A DNA stretch of 64,000 nucleotides from the human T2T-CHM13v2.0 reference genome, Homo sapiens (GCF_009914755.1 NC_060934.1); one strand, 5' to 3'. Positions 44,109 to 58,030 are shown, counted from the stretch's first letter. Notes: generated by a model not told the origin, from the letters alone. Numbers and translations are program-made.

Positions 44109-44934
44109 TTAAACAAGTGTCTCCACAGGTACCTGGACACAATTTAATACTGATATTTTTGAAACAGAATCATTAGATACCACAAGTGACAATTGCTCAA
44201 TTTATAAAAGGCCTTACTTGTATTAAAGAAGAATGACATGAATTGGAAAATCATGGTTTTCTTATTGATGGAATGATCCTGTCCAAACTTCAATATCTTA
44301 ATCAATAAAAGGTATACAGGAAGGGATGAAGTTTTAAAAACTTTACTTTTTTAAACAAAGAAGTAATTAAAAAACAATCATTCCTAAGGTTTTTGTATAA
44401 TGCATTCTATTGCATAATGATCTATTCAAATTAAAAGATATTTATTTTATTATTAAAGTATAAATTGGTCTCTAAGCCTTAGAGATAGGAAAGTAATAGT
44501 TACATGTGCTCAGATAAAATTCTCTTTTTTTGTTTATTTTCTCTAATTCGATGCAGAATTACCTAATGTTAGGTAACTGGTGCAGGATTTTTTCAAGGTG
44601 ATGAACTGTGAAAATTATGTAATGGCATTCTGCTTCTTAACTTATTTTCAGGGGTACACTTTCAATATAGTAAGAACTTACTAATTAAACACAGAGAGAA
44701 AAGTAAAGATTAGAACAATTACACATTTTTCAACTGTATTACTTTTGAGTTACTTTATATGGCCAACCAAGATATACAAATGCAAATTTCAGTAAAGGAA
44801 AATGATAATTCAAGATTGATCTACATCAATTAATAAAATGCTACAGACGCTAAGTCCTTTTCCGTAGAGGACTTAGTTGTTAGAAAAGAAATTGAGAAAA
44901 TAGTAAAATTGTTTCTAATTAAAAGCACAAAATT

Positions 44935-45155
44935 TCTGGTCAGATTTGGGTTTTGATTAATTGATACTTGTAACTGTGTGATCACGGCATAGTCTCCTAA
45001 GCTCTTTAGCCGTCCTTTCATCATCAGAAAAACTCAGATAATATGACTTCCGCCATCAACACTTGAACATTAATAGAAATAGCATCCTCGTGTTTTTACA
45101 ATTCCTGGCACATCATAAGCACATAATAAATGGCAGTTTTAGTTTATCACTATTG
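44935..45155 (+). mobile_element. MIR
   Basis: CAGATTTGGGTTTTGA..ACTTGTAACTGTGTGATC..CCTGGCACATCATAAGCACATAATAAATGGCAG. Confidence 0.65.
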
Positions 45156-46089
45156 CATGCTCTTTGGATTCAAAATTCTCAGATCTGGTACACTGATTTT
45201 CTTCCTTTCAGACCATAATCATTTTTTTTAATGTATACTTACTGTCTTTGAATGATTACTAAATCCAAATTAGCAGGATCAGAATTAGTGAGATTAGATA
45301 GCGTTTTTGCAAGTTATAGTTTATATAATGCTTACTCTCCCAAATAAAATGTGACTTTCGTATTCGTTCTGTATCAAACTTTAAAATTTTGAGTGTGAAT
45401 AAAAGATCGTTTAGTGGTTGAGTGCAACGACACTCTTATCAAATTTAGATGAATTCTCACTCACCTTTGCAAGACCTTAGTCAGTAAAATGTCTCGAGGA
45501 ATTATGTAAGAACAGAAAAAATTTAATATACATTGCTGTGAACAATAACTCCACAAGGTAAAACTCCTTCAGCATAATTTGTAGCTTAAACGTAATGTGT
45601 ATTCATACACTTTTATTCTGCAAAAGAAAGTAATTTAAATATTTATCAAATGTGATTTACATGAAAATACAATCCTACTTTTCATTTATGGTGCTGTTCT
45701 TGTGTCCCTCAGAGTTGTCTTCTTTAAATATACATTTGGAAACATATTATGATCCAAAATACAAAAAGTAAATACAATGCGGAATGAGGGAGCTTGTAGG
45801 AGGAAAAGTGACTGCAGGCCCAGTGAAAAGAGAAACTAGCTTGTTGAATTTTCATACACTGAACTACTGAGCAGGCTTATTTAAATCTATTTTCCTTTAT
45901 GAATTATACATGGCTATCATCACGAGGTACACTCCCAGGGTAAAAAAAGAAAAGAAAAAAAAATTTTAAAAGACAACTTACTGATGAGGCATCAAATGGG
46001 AAAAACACACTCATTTCCTCAAATCTGAGGTTGATTTTTTATTAATATTTTAAATGATCTGGCAGTGCATTTTATGCGTGTTACTTTTG

Positions 46090-46345
46090 ACTTTCCAGGA
46101 AGAAAGAGAAGAGAATGCCTGATCTCACTTTTTACTTTCAATATAGAACAAATCTACATAGGAAGTTGTGGAAGCAGCGACGAGTGTGGTTTGAGGGTCT
46201 TCCTGCAAAGAACAGGTAGGCTTCTCTCACCTGCCTGGAACAGCTGGTAAGATTGTGCAGGTGTTTGCCTGCAGGAGAATCCTGCTAATTAAGAAACAAA
46301 CTAGGCTGTGGAAAGCAATCTGCAGGTATTTCCAGGTAAAACTGT
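46090..46345. promoter_or_regulatory. Candidate enhancer (STAT/ETS/RUNX/E-box cluster)
   Basis: TTCCAGGAA 46093; AGGAAGT 46160; TGTGGTTT 46185; CTTCCTG 46199; CACCTG 46228; CAGCTG 46241; CAGGTG 46258; three CAGGTA. Confidence 0.45.
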
Positions 46346-47925
46346 TGAAGCGACAAGTCTAAGGAATGATCTGCCCTGGTTCAGTAACTGGAAAGTTTCC
46401 ATCTCTTGATTCAACTCACATACTGACCAAATTCTATTATGGATAAGGTGTAAAAGTCCTAAGGCAGTGATAGTCCCATAGGAACGTCTCTGGATAAAAA
46501 TACTAATATTAGAACATCAAAAATGATCATTTTCATCCTGGTAGTAAGGAGAAATCATCAGCATAAATTTCACTTTTATTCTGCAAAGATGCCTGGCCAT
46601 TACCCTTGCTACCAGCTGGGGAGCCGGTATTTTTCCAGAAAAGGAATGAAGGCAGCCAAGCTTCACCACTTGCCCTGCCATGGCCTCATCTTCTAATGAC
46701 ACGAATTCCTAACAGCACAGTCCCATTCATCATCTAAATTATTTGTTTACAAAGTACACAAAATATTTTCTATACTGGGTTAAAGAGACATAGTTCCTGC
46801 CCCACAGGGCTTTATCACCTGGTCCAGGATACCACCCTTGGAAACGTCACTTCTTGTTTTCTTGCTCCATCTAATGGACCCGCAGAGAGTTCCCTTGTTT
46901 GTCAGTGAGAAAACAGGATATAGACCCTGGCTCTAAAGAAAAGGAATTTTAACAGTCTTATTATTATAATTCTGTGACTGCCAGTGTTAGTTACCAGGGC
47001 ACCATACCTATATTGCTTCCTATTCAATAGGTCAATGCCCCTACACTTTTTCAAAAAAGAGAAAAATGAATGACAGAAACTGTGGAATCTGAAGTTCATG
47101 AAATGGCTGTAGAAGAAGGTTAATTGTGATAATTAAATATAATCGTATTGTAGAAAGCTAAAAATATGAGTTTGCAAACCAAAAGATAAAGAAATAAATA
47201 TGTATTAGATTCAAGGTACTCAGTATCATTGTGGTGCACACACACTCACACACTCTCACACATTTTTGGAATATTCTTAAACTCATACCTGAATAGAACT
47301 AACCAGACAATGTTCAATCATATTCCCCACTACATAGATAAAGAAATTGATATCAAGGTTTCTTTTGTTCATTAGATTGCATTTTACTGAGTCTTCTATT
47401 TCATTATAAAGTTCTGTAGGAGAACACATGGGTTCAACCACTGCAAAACCAGTCCTTAGTTTTTAAATTATAACTAAAATTCTGTCACTTTAGTGCAAGG
47501 AAGAAATTTACACCTGGTGTATAAACTAGTAGAGTGTAAGTTGTGATAGAAAGTGGACTAAAATCACAGGTGCTGAATTTTGAAGAAAGATTTTTATTTA
47601 GACATGCTGAATGCTGCATTAGCTTCTACAAATAATACCCCAGAAAATGGTAGTTTTTAAAAGGCGACTTTTGTAATGTATAACATTGTTCCCATTGGAG
47701 GTTCTTAATGATTTTAATAAAACTTTTAAAGTCTCATTTTCAATCAGATGCAGTGAAATTACCGAGACCCAGAAATTGGGTTTTCTGTGGCTCTTTTGCA
47801 CAAACCCCTAATGCTGAAGGACCCAGAAATAACAATTCTATTAATAATCATTGTCCTGTCTAAATTAGCACCAATAAATCAAAATGCTTTGGAGTCTAAG
47901 TTCCTTCAGGTTGATTGCATTATCA

Positions 47926-48438
<513 letters not shown>

Positions 48439-48737
48439 TTAACACTAATAGGAAGCCATTTCCATCCTGTTTCATAGCCATCGGCTTTGCATTCTCTTTT
48501 TGAGGGTTGGTGAAGAAGAATGATGATCACAAACGAGACACGATGTGAGAAAAGTGTGTGTCTAGAGGGGCACCTTGAGCTGTGGAAAGAACATAAACTT
48601 GGAGTTTGGCAGGCCTGCTTTAGCTCCTGCGTACTGAGATACTCAAATTTCCTTGGGTCTCTTATTCCTGATTTGTACGTTAAACACATAATAATAATAA
48701 TAATAATATGTTGGGAACAAATATTTTGTTTCTTTAG

Positions 48738-48840
48738 TATCATAGGACCATGGAGGGAGAAGAACTGTGCCCTAGGAATGGTACTTCACACATCATACCC
48801 AGAAGGCTAAACTGTTGCTATAACAGGAGACTTGGGAAAG
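48738..48840 (+). ncRNA. Candidate 103-nt plus-strand exon
   Basis: Acceptor tattttgtttctttag|TAT; consensus donor AAG|gtgagt; GACCATGG at 48746-48753. Confidence 0.35.
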
Positions 48841-48890
48841 GTGAGTGCATTTTTCAAGAGGACATGGATCTTGTAGTCCAGAGGGTAGAC

Positions 48891-49502
48891 TGTGGGAGAC
48901 AGAATTCTAAAATGGCCCCCCAAATTCCCAACACCTGGTGTCTATGCCCTGTATAATCCCTTTCCCTTGAGTGTGTTTGGGAAGGACACATCATAGCTGT
49001 GGCTATGATGGCATCTCTCTGTAATTAGGTTACATTGTATGGCAAAAGTGAAGGGATTTTAGATTTCAAGTTAGTTGATTTGGAATTAATCCAAAGAGGG
49101 ATTTTCCCAGGTGGGCTTGCCTCAATCAGGTGACATCCCTTAACAGAGAGACCGGGAGCTTCCTGAGTCTCTTCCTTTCTGGCCTTGAGGGAGCAGAAAG
49201 CTCTTCCTTTCTGGCCTTGAGGGAGCAGACAGCCTACTGCAAACTGCCCACAAGAAAGGGTGGCCTGTAGGGGCTGAGGGTCTCAGGCCTGCAACTGCAA
49301 GGAACCCAGTTCTACCAACAATGAGTGTGAAATGAGACTGCAGCCCAACAGACCCCTTAATTGTAGTCCTGTGATACCCTGAAGAGTGAGGTCAGCTAAA
49401 GCATGCCTGGACCCATGACCTGTGGAAACTGTATAATAACTCTGTGTTGTTCCAAAGTGCTAAATTTGCCATAAAGATTACAAGTTAGTAGAAAACTAAT
49501 TT
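48891..49502 (+). mobile_element. MLT1E-type MaLR solo LTR
   Basis: TGTGGGAGACAGAATTCTAAAATGGCCCCCCAAATTCCC..GTATAATCCC..ATGGCAAAAGTGAAGGGATTTT..AGAAAACTAAT. Confidence 0.85.
49169..49229. repeat. 29-bp direct repeat (period 32) inside MLT1E
   Basis: CTCTTCCTTTCTGGCCTTGAGGGAGCAGA x2. Confidence 0.93.
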
Positions 49503-49974
49503 GTCTACCGGGAACATTCATGGGATTAGAGACCATGAATATGAAGTGTGTGGAACAAAGTAGACCTTAAGCAAGTGGTGTAAGTAACCTTGTTTCCCAT
49601 TAGTGGAAAGTTGAGTCTTGTAATCCAGAGACTAGAGATGTTGGTGGGGTTTCAGGACACAAGTAGAGGCAAAAGTTTTTTGAAAGACTAGAAGGAAGAA
49701 TTGAATGTGGAGAAAGAGGGAGAAATTGGTTCCAGGGCTAGTATTCCCACAAGACACAGCACCAAGTTCATAGTGTTGTGGGTACCCTTTCTTCTTCATA
49801 GGCATTATCCAGCCAAGTACATTCTGGTTTAATGAATCACCAAGTGTTCTGACACCGACTGCAGCTTTCTCACAGATGGCATCTGCTGCTAATATACGCA
49901 GTGCGCTCAACTCTACACATTTGAAAGCCTGGGAAGGAGGGGCTATGTGTTACCAGAACACTTCAGCTGCCATT

Positions 49975-50005
<31 letters not shown>
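49975..50005. repeat. (TA)n(GA)n microsatellite
   Basis: Directly visible. Confidence 0.93.
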
Positions 50006-50854
50006 CTTCTGTTTGGGGGAAAGTCAGCAGGGATGTGGAGACATAGCAGGGTGAAGAACAAAAAGGAATGTGATTGGGTCAAGACGACTGGGAAATGAGA
50101 GTGGACAATAGGGCAATTTTCCTAAGTTCCCACTGTTTTACCAGCATTTCCATTTATTGCCTAGAAAATACTGCTAATCTGATTGTGCAGTGTGTAGCTG
50201 TCCTTATCCTGTTTTCTGATAACAGTAGTGTATATGTTTTTCCTTTCATTTCTGATCTAGATGTGTTTATCTTGAGAGTCTAAAAGTTTCTCCTTATAAA
50301 TGAAAGTTATTCATGGAAAGCCACTGTCATCATAAGAGATTTATAGTTTTACAATTATGCAGATATTTCTTTTACAATTGTAACTCTTACCTCTGTAGAA
50401 ATAGTGCCAACAAACGCATCTATTCTCTAATAAAGGTGTCAATGTCTTCCCATTTCATATATTTAATATATAAGTTATGTATTTATGGATCCTGCAGTCA
50501 AGGAGTCCAAAAAGCAGGAAATCTGTCCATTGCCTGACAAAATTCACTTAAATAAGTAGTATGAAGATAAATTAGGAAAAAAAATAACAAATATGAACAT
50601 GTTTTAAACTAGATAAAAATCTCAAAACACTATTAGACTTTGTTTTTAATAAAATTCATAAATCTGAATTTAAAATAAAAATATGCTTTTGTTAATTAAG
50701 TATTTCAATGAGTGGGATGGCTTACAAACTTTTATGCAAAGCATAGTTTTATGAAGTGGCAAGTCAAGGTAATTTTTATATGAAGCTATTAAACTGAAAG
50801 ATGTGATACCAAATTTTTCCAATTCAAGTTACCAAACTCTTAAATGTTTAAAAA

Positions 50855-51230
50855 TCACTCACGTATCTACTCATTTACACATCACTCATTCCACAACTTG
50901 TAATTGAAAATCTCTCTGTACCAGGAGGTGGGTGAGGCACTGTGGATGCAGAGATGAGAAAGAACAGATGCCATTCCCTAGAATCAGGGCCCATGCACAT
51001 TAGTAGAGAGACAGACACCCAAAAAATCATTCAAACAAGTTTAAAAAGCAACTGTGAAAAGTGATCAAAAAGAGCTACACCATGCTATGAGGACTTCCAA
51101 AGGGTTATTTCATTTATTCAGTGATGTGAGAAGTGTTAGATGATTCTGGAGACAAAGATAAGTCTGAAATGGATGCTGGTGTCAAGGAGGTGACAGTGGA
51201 CAATTGCATTTAGGGCGATGAGCAGGGGAG
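50855..51230 (-). mobile_element. L2 3' region
   Basis: CACTCATT..TCTCTGTACCAGG..GGCACTGTGGATGCAGAGATGAGAAAGAACAG..GAGAGACAGAC. Confidence 0.65.
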
Positions 51231-51513
51231 GAAACCAGCCTAAAAAATTAGACTTCCAACATTTAGCATTTCTTTGACTCAAATCATTTTTGCAAAGACA
51301 TGTCTTCCTTTATTTTCATTTACAGTGAAGGACATGAACTAGAAATCTCTGGAATTATCTTTGCAGAAAGTTTCCTGTTGATAAATGGTGGTGTTCTCAG
51401 ATTATGATTGAGATGAACGCTGTTGTAATCCCAAAAGCGCTGTGACAATTCGGTGAAATAGACAAAACGACGCTGTGCTCACAATTACTATCTCATATGG
51501 TTTCAGCATTGCC

Positions 51514-51516
<3 letters not shown>

Positions 51517-51546
<30 letters not shown>
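51517..51546. repeat. (GT)15 microsatellite
   Basis: Directly visible. Confidence 0.95.
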
Positions 51547-51547
<1 letters not shown>

Positions 51548-52299
51548 TTTCTGCTTGTCTTATTGCTGCTTATTACACCTTCCCTCCCTTGGGGTCTCCA
51601 GCATGCATAACACATGCACTGGTACCAGTTGTCAAAAAAGAGTTAAGGGCTATTTCCAAAATACCGCAGACAATATCTTATGGATCGTCCCATACACTTT
51701 TATTCAAAGAAAATGAGCTCCACATTTTTTATGTTCAAAGTCCAGATTCATTCCTGGATAGAAGCCCCAAAATGATGAATCCTGAAATAGAAATACTTCT
51801 GAAAGTCAGTTCTGATTTATTGGTTTTGAACCCAACCCTTGCAAAAGGCCTTAAAACTGCAGCTGCTGCTCTTGTCCTCTCAACAGTTAGAGCTGCCTGC
51901 TCACTGGTATTCTTACAGTATTTCTCAAAGAAGTGGAGCACAAACATGCTAATCCTCAGGACACCCAAGCCTAAACCACAGAGAGCCCATCCTCCTTTCC
52001 ACCTGACAGGAATGAGGATTGTTACATCGCTGCTACGGTCCTTGCTCCAAGCACTGTTGGTCTGCCTCATTAACGGTTCTGCTTCTGTGTAACCAGAGGA
52101 GGCAAATAGCTACTTGTTCTGATTCCAAGTATCAGAAATGGCTCCTCGTGATGTAAGATTCTTTTCTCGCTTTTTCATTAATGCCTGAAATTCAACAGGT
52201 AAAGTTAAGCCTTTCAACCCAAAATTAGCCATGAAGTTTTGGGCAAACAAATGCAAAATTAAAACTCATATCCCTGCCCGATTACAAACCACTTCTACA

Positions 52300-52470
52300 A
52301 GTGTGATTTCATGTATCCCTCCCAATCGCCCCATGTGGCAGGCAGAGAAAATACTTTTGTTCCTATTGTATCAATATGGGAGCTGAGGCTAAGGAGAGGT
52401 TTAATAGAAATAATGTGAGGCTTAGGGCCTTGTAACACAAGTTTCACAATTCTAAATCCCATGTTCTTTC
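52300..52470 (-). mobile_element. MIR fragment
   Basis: CCTATTGTATCAATATGGGAGCTGAGGCTAAGGAGAGGTTTAA resembles the MIR core. Confidence 0.5.
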
Positions 52471-52734
52471 CAATTATTAATTCACTATCTGAATATATAC
52501 ATGGAGTAGAATGTTTTAACACACACACAGGATAAAATTGATTTCAGATCCTCTGAAGTTAAGTTTTGACAAGATGGAAGGTAAAATTAAAATACCATTC
52601 ACCACTGGGAGGAAAAAGTAGATAAAAGAGGTCCTATATTTCAGTAAATTAGAGGGGAAAAAAAAGTCAGGGGAAAAAAGGAAGTCAAATTAAAAACTAG
52701 GGTAAAAATAAGTCACCTTTGTAATTTTTCTGAC

Positions 52735-52930
52735 ATAGTAGAAAGAGCACACACCTCTAAGATTGACAAAGCTAGGTTTAAATTCCAGGCTGATATCCTA
52801 CTACTTCTGAGATCTTAGGAGAGTTCCAGAAGCCTCCTTTGTAAAGTGCAGATAATAATATATGCATCTTAAGAGTATTAAATGAGAAAATGAATATAAT
52901 ATTTAGCACGGTAACACCATTATGCTAACC
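52735..52930 (+). mobile_element. MIR
   Basis: GTAGAAAGAGCAC..CTAGGTTTAAATTCCAGGCT..TTTGTAAAGTGCAGATAATAATA..ATTAAATGAGA. Confidence 0.65.
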
Positions 52931-54269
52931 AGCCCTAGAAGTGGCAGTAAAAGCAACAGTGGAAGTAATAGTAATGATAACAGTAGAACTAAATGATATT
53001 TTCAAATGGCTGTGAGATGTTCAACACTGTCTACTATTTTCTAATACTGTTTTATTCTAAATATGCCATTGGATATTTGCCATTTGGTGACTACTGGTTC
53101 AGACCCTACTTTCTTTCTCTTCACTCATTATTTATCCTCAAACTCCCTCTCTCTTCCTAAAGACTCATATATTCGATTAATGTTAATAAATATATTGATG
53201 TTTCCTTAGCTCTTCAGGAGTACATTTTTATGGAATGTAAAAAAATAATAACTCAACTTTTTGTTTTCATAGAAACAGTACCCAGCTCAAATGTCTGTGA
53301 AAAGTTGATGCTTTCTTAAAGAAGAAGTGGGACTCCCCTTGTCAGTTTGTGAGGCTATCCATAATGAAACCAAGAAAGGGTTGTGTTGTGAGGTGTCTTG
53401 CTTTTAATTGGAAAACGCTGAAATGAGGGCCAATGCAGGAAAGTGTAAAGAAGCCCATTGATTTCACTTGTAAGCACATTGGAGGAGAACAGACAATTGA
53501 AGGACTCCAGGTGCAAGGTCTGAAGAATTCAAGAGCAGTCCTGGGAGCGGAAAGTCAATGTCCTGCCACTTGATTTATTTAGTCACTGAAATGTACCCAG
53601 CAAGTTGTGGTGTCGGGTACTGTCTTAGGGGTTTAAAATCCAAAGACATGAAGACATCTCTTTGAGGCTTACTGGTTACAGCTCTGGAAACGTTAGGGAA
53701 GCAATCAGTTAAATCAGAAACTTAATTTCTTGCAAGAAAGGAGCCAAATAGCCCCATGGATTTGATAAATCAATCTACTGCAAAAAGGCGTAAAGTGTAA
53801 ACTGAAGTTGATCACTAGAGAGATTACAAATCATTACTGGCCCTTGGGCATTCACAAGAAGCCAGGTACTTGAGGCCCTGGTATGAGGTATGAGGGGCCC
53901 GAGTTTGCATCTATTTTCATATCCTGAAGACTGTCTCTTAGAGATTGTATCCCTAGTGCTAATCAAAAGGAGATCACATTTCTAGATTCACAGTTATTTC
54001 CAGCATTGGTCAAAATGCCAATGAGTGCTAGTGACTATACCTTTCAGGACAGCTAGGGAACATACGTTGAGCAGAACAGAGAAAACAGAAAGTACGACAG
54101 AGGACAGGTAAAGAGTGGAGAGGTAAGAAAACATGCCTTGCCATGTCAAATGATCACAAGGAGCATTAATTATCTGCAAGAAGTCAAGAGTAATTTAGTC
54201 CTGGCACTACCAACATGGTCCTTCCTACTGCCACTCCTTCTAGAATAGGGGCTTTGCTCCCACTAATCC

Positions 54270-54450
54270 TGAAATAAGATAAAGCTGGGTTTGAATCCCA
54301 GCTTTTCCAACCACTAACTATGTGTTTTAAAGCTTTAATTTCATCACAAGTGAGTTGGAGAACACAGTAATCACTTCAAATTAGTTAAATTTTATAACCT
54401 ACATAAAATTTGAAGCACTGGTAGGAAAGAATTGCCAGATAAATAGTGGT
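54270..54450 (+). mobile_element. MIR
   Basis: GCTGGGTTTGAATCCCAGCT..CACTAACTATGTG. Confidence 0.55.
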
Positions 54451-57400
54451 TGGAAAAAACAAAACAAAACTCTATTTGCTAAATGATTGCAGGTATGTGG
54501 TTCTAGCAGATTCAAGACTATGTTTTATAGCAAAGTTGACAAAATATATAGTGAGATGAAGACATATTTCCATTTAAGTCATTGCTGGGCACTTCTGCCT
54601 CTGGTCTGTACATTTACAATATTGCGACATCTTCCAGTGTAAATGAATGTTTCTTTAGAAGATGTGAGTACATAAAAAACATAAATAGCTTCTAAATTCA
54701 TTAAGAATAAATCACTTTTCTCTTAAAACATATCGTTCAGATCTGAGATAAAATTGTTTGCCAAGTATCTTGCCATGTTTTGGCCAGCCGCACAAATGTT
54801 CTCTGCTATTCTCTGCTAAATAGGGTAGCATTTCCCCTCCCTTTCTTCTAGGACACGTGACCACATCATGCTCAAGCATGTAGAATTCCCTCTGAGCCTC
54901 ATTGAATCACCGAAGGCCAATCAACCTTAACACCAATAGAGTACAGCACAAACCTCTGTAGAACAATACGTCCCAGCTGCAAAGACTATAAGCTCCATGG
55001 AACAGATATCAAGCCTCGAGGCCATAACACAAGGTGCATGAAGGGACTCCTGACCAGGAAGAGCAATGACCAGAACAGGAAGATTCCTGGGTAGTGCCAT
55101 GTCTACTTGGATCCAATCCAAGGGATCATTATTGTTTCTCAGTGTACATTTTTTCAACACTTCCCTTGGATAATAGCCACTTGTTCATGTAATTGGGTCA
55201 TTAACCAACAGTAGTCCTCTCACAAATAATAATGAATAGCAATGGCAATGAATGTACTGTTAACGGTAGTTGAAAACTTCAGATAGAAATTGAGTGTTGA
55301 TCAGTAGTTGACTGGGCTTGTAGTTCACAAATCATCTCCAAATACTCCACTGAGGGATAATTTTATGTAGCCAAGGGACTAATATTAAAACCTGAATCAA
55401 CTACTCGTAGCTACAGTTTACTCAATTTTTCTCAGTTTAGAGAAAGATTGGTCTCAATAAGGTGATGAGTTCTAGCCCCATTTCTACCACTTGCATTCTG
55501 TATGACTTGGAAATGTCACGCTTCCTTTTGTCTTAGAAACACAGTGTGTGTGTGCATGACTTTCAGGAGAAACAATCAGCATCAGGATCATATTTTGAAC
55601 TTATCTGGAGAAGTTTGAAGCAAATTTATTTGAGATTTGGCAATGTAGAGTCTTCTCTCATGGACCCACCCACTCTCTTCCCTCCAGGGCAATCATGACT
55701 CACACCCAAATTATTTGTTCTTGGGAATATCTTTTTCTCTTGATCCCTTTTAACTTCCTTTGATCTACTTTAATCAACTTAATATCCTTAACTGTTTTTT
55801 ATCTGGAGACATTCATTGCATCTATTTCTCCTGATACAGACTTTTCCCTGTCTGCTGCTTTCATTTCCTCACATATTCTGGACCAAAATAAGAGGATGTT
55901 GCATGTGAGCTAAGAGGGGGAGCTATGTTTCTCTGAGAAATGAATACTCTTATCCATGACGTTCTAATGGGGTATTTTTGGACTTTGATATTTTCTTGAC
56001 TAATCACTCACAAATAGATTTTCTCATGATTTTCTTTTTCTTTTAAGGGAAAACTGGAATAGTCTTTTATATATTAAGCTAACACTGGCCTAATCTATAA
56101 TATATCTATATTGAAATGGAACTTTTTTTTAACTGATAAAGTTAACTAGTTAACATACTTTCGGTATGGTTGTGCCCAAAAAATAACGTGATCTTAATCG
56201 TCTAAGTACAGCAGATGGTGAGCTTTACTCGCGAATGAATTTGTTCTGATTAAAAAGAAACCAACCCTATGTGCACGCATCTATCCATTGTTTAGCAGCA
56301 CATTTTCTGCTCACATCTGGAAATATTGAGATAGTAGCTGCTCTAGAACATTCCAGCGGCAGGGACACAGCACAGGAGGAAGACACGGGACGGAGATACA
56401 GACTCAATCATGCTCTTCTAAAATGAAATTGATTCAGCCACTTGATGTTAAGAAATTGCTTTTGTGAGTTACAAAATTTCCTTCACTGGCCGCAGAATGA
56501 CTGACTATGAAAGCTGTAGGTTTTTCAGGGCACACGGACTGAAGAAAGCCTTCCACTGCCTTGAGTGTGCAGAGATTTCCTGTTTTGTTCCTTGCACCAA
56601 TCTTCTGACGAGCACTGTGAGCAACTGAGATCTGCAGATATCCTTGCAGGGAGTTCTCTTTCGGGCTTACATGGAGTTACTTAGACATCTGGAAGGAGTA
56701 GGTGTCAAACCACAAATAAAACTTTCCTTGACTCATGGGGAGAAAGGTAGCGATTTCCCCTTGACCTCATTAACTGAAACTACCAGTGCCGCTGTTCCGG
56801 CGTCAAACTTCATTCTTCAGAATGCGCTTCTCCATTTAAGGGCTTTACCTTTTGTATTTGTTCAGTGTTTAACTCTGCAAATTTAACCGAAGCCTTTCAG
56901 TGGCATGTTTTCATCTTAAACTAATAATAAGTAAGGGTCATAGCTACATAATTTACTCTCCATGGGACCTCACACAGGGACACTAACAGATAAATGCTTG
57001 ATGATGCTGTTGAGGCTGATTGATACTATTAGTTTTATTTTCTTTCTCATGGCAAACACAAATGACTCCTCCATCCAGCACTCTCTGTTCTTTTTAATCT
57101 TTATACTTTGACCATAGAAGCATGCATTTGTCGTGTCAGGTAGGTAGTTGGAGTAAAAGTAATTTGCCATTGGCTCTCAATTTAAAATGAATTCATGAAA
57201 AAGGAGAGCTGCAAACTACTCAATCTGACTGCAAAGTGGTATTTTGTTTGTACACTTAACTCCCCAGATATAAGTGGAAGCATCGTCCCTCCTGCATTTA
57301 TTTCCCCCATGACACTAATTCTTTATAGCAAAACAAAGAGTTTGTGAGTTCATAGAGCAGGGCTTTCCTATCTGTAGACATCCAGTAACGTCCCTTTCCA

Positions 57401-57589
57401 TACTTCATCCCAAATTAAACAGAGTCTCCTTCCTGGTTTGCTCATGTGCATATTGAATTAGGAAACAATCCTTCACTACCAGCCTCCCCATCTTAATGCA
57501 ATCCAGTCAGAGCTGAGATAATTAACAACACTCATTGCTCTAACTTAGTTTTTGCATTTTTTTCCTCCATGCAAATCTTCTTTCATCTA

Positions 57590-58030
57590 GTTGTTCCTTA
57601 TTGGTTCATTCCATTAAGCATGTGCAAAGTGGCTCCGGTAGTCATAACACTGACCCAAGTCCCCGGGAATAAAAAAAGAAAGAAAAACAAACAAAACTAG
57701 AATCTCTGGGGAAGCACACAGGAGTGCAGGGGAGAAACAGAACACATTTATTTTAAATACATAGATGCAGAATTAAGCTAGTACAACACACCATTATATA
57801 AATAATATGCATGAGTGCTATAGGAATGCAAAGTGAGAAAATGTTTGCTATGAGCCATGTGTGAGCAAAGAGAGGTCACTTGGAGGAGATGGCTCTTATG
57901 CTGAATTTCAGTGAAGAATTAGTGAAGGAAAAAAAAAAACAGAAAAATGTCGAAGTTTGGGAGAATCCAATGAGTAAAAGAACATGGTTTGAAACAAGTA
58001 TAATATGAACGATAGTAGGAAAGTTGGTCA
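57590..58030 (-). mobile_element. L2 fragment
   Basis: TTCATTCCATTAAGCAT..GAGTGCTATAGGAATGCAAAG..TTGGAGGAGATGGCTCTTATGCTGAATTTC. Confidence 0.5.

Noticed and set aside
51475-52092. Longest ORF (205 aa)
   Set aside because: Non-ATG start, includes a (GT)n-encoded VCVCVC run, no recognisable domain; consistent with chance
57138-57175. TAGGTAGTTGGAGTAAAAGTAATTTGCCATT, resembling half a MADE element
   Set aside because: Too short and degenerate, and no second TIR
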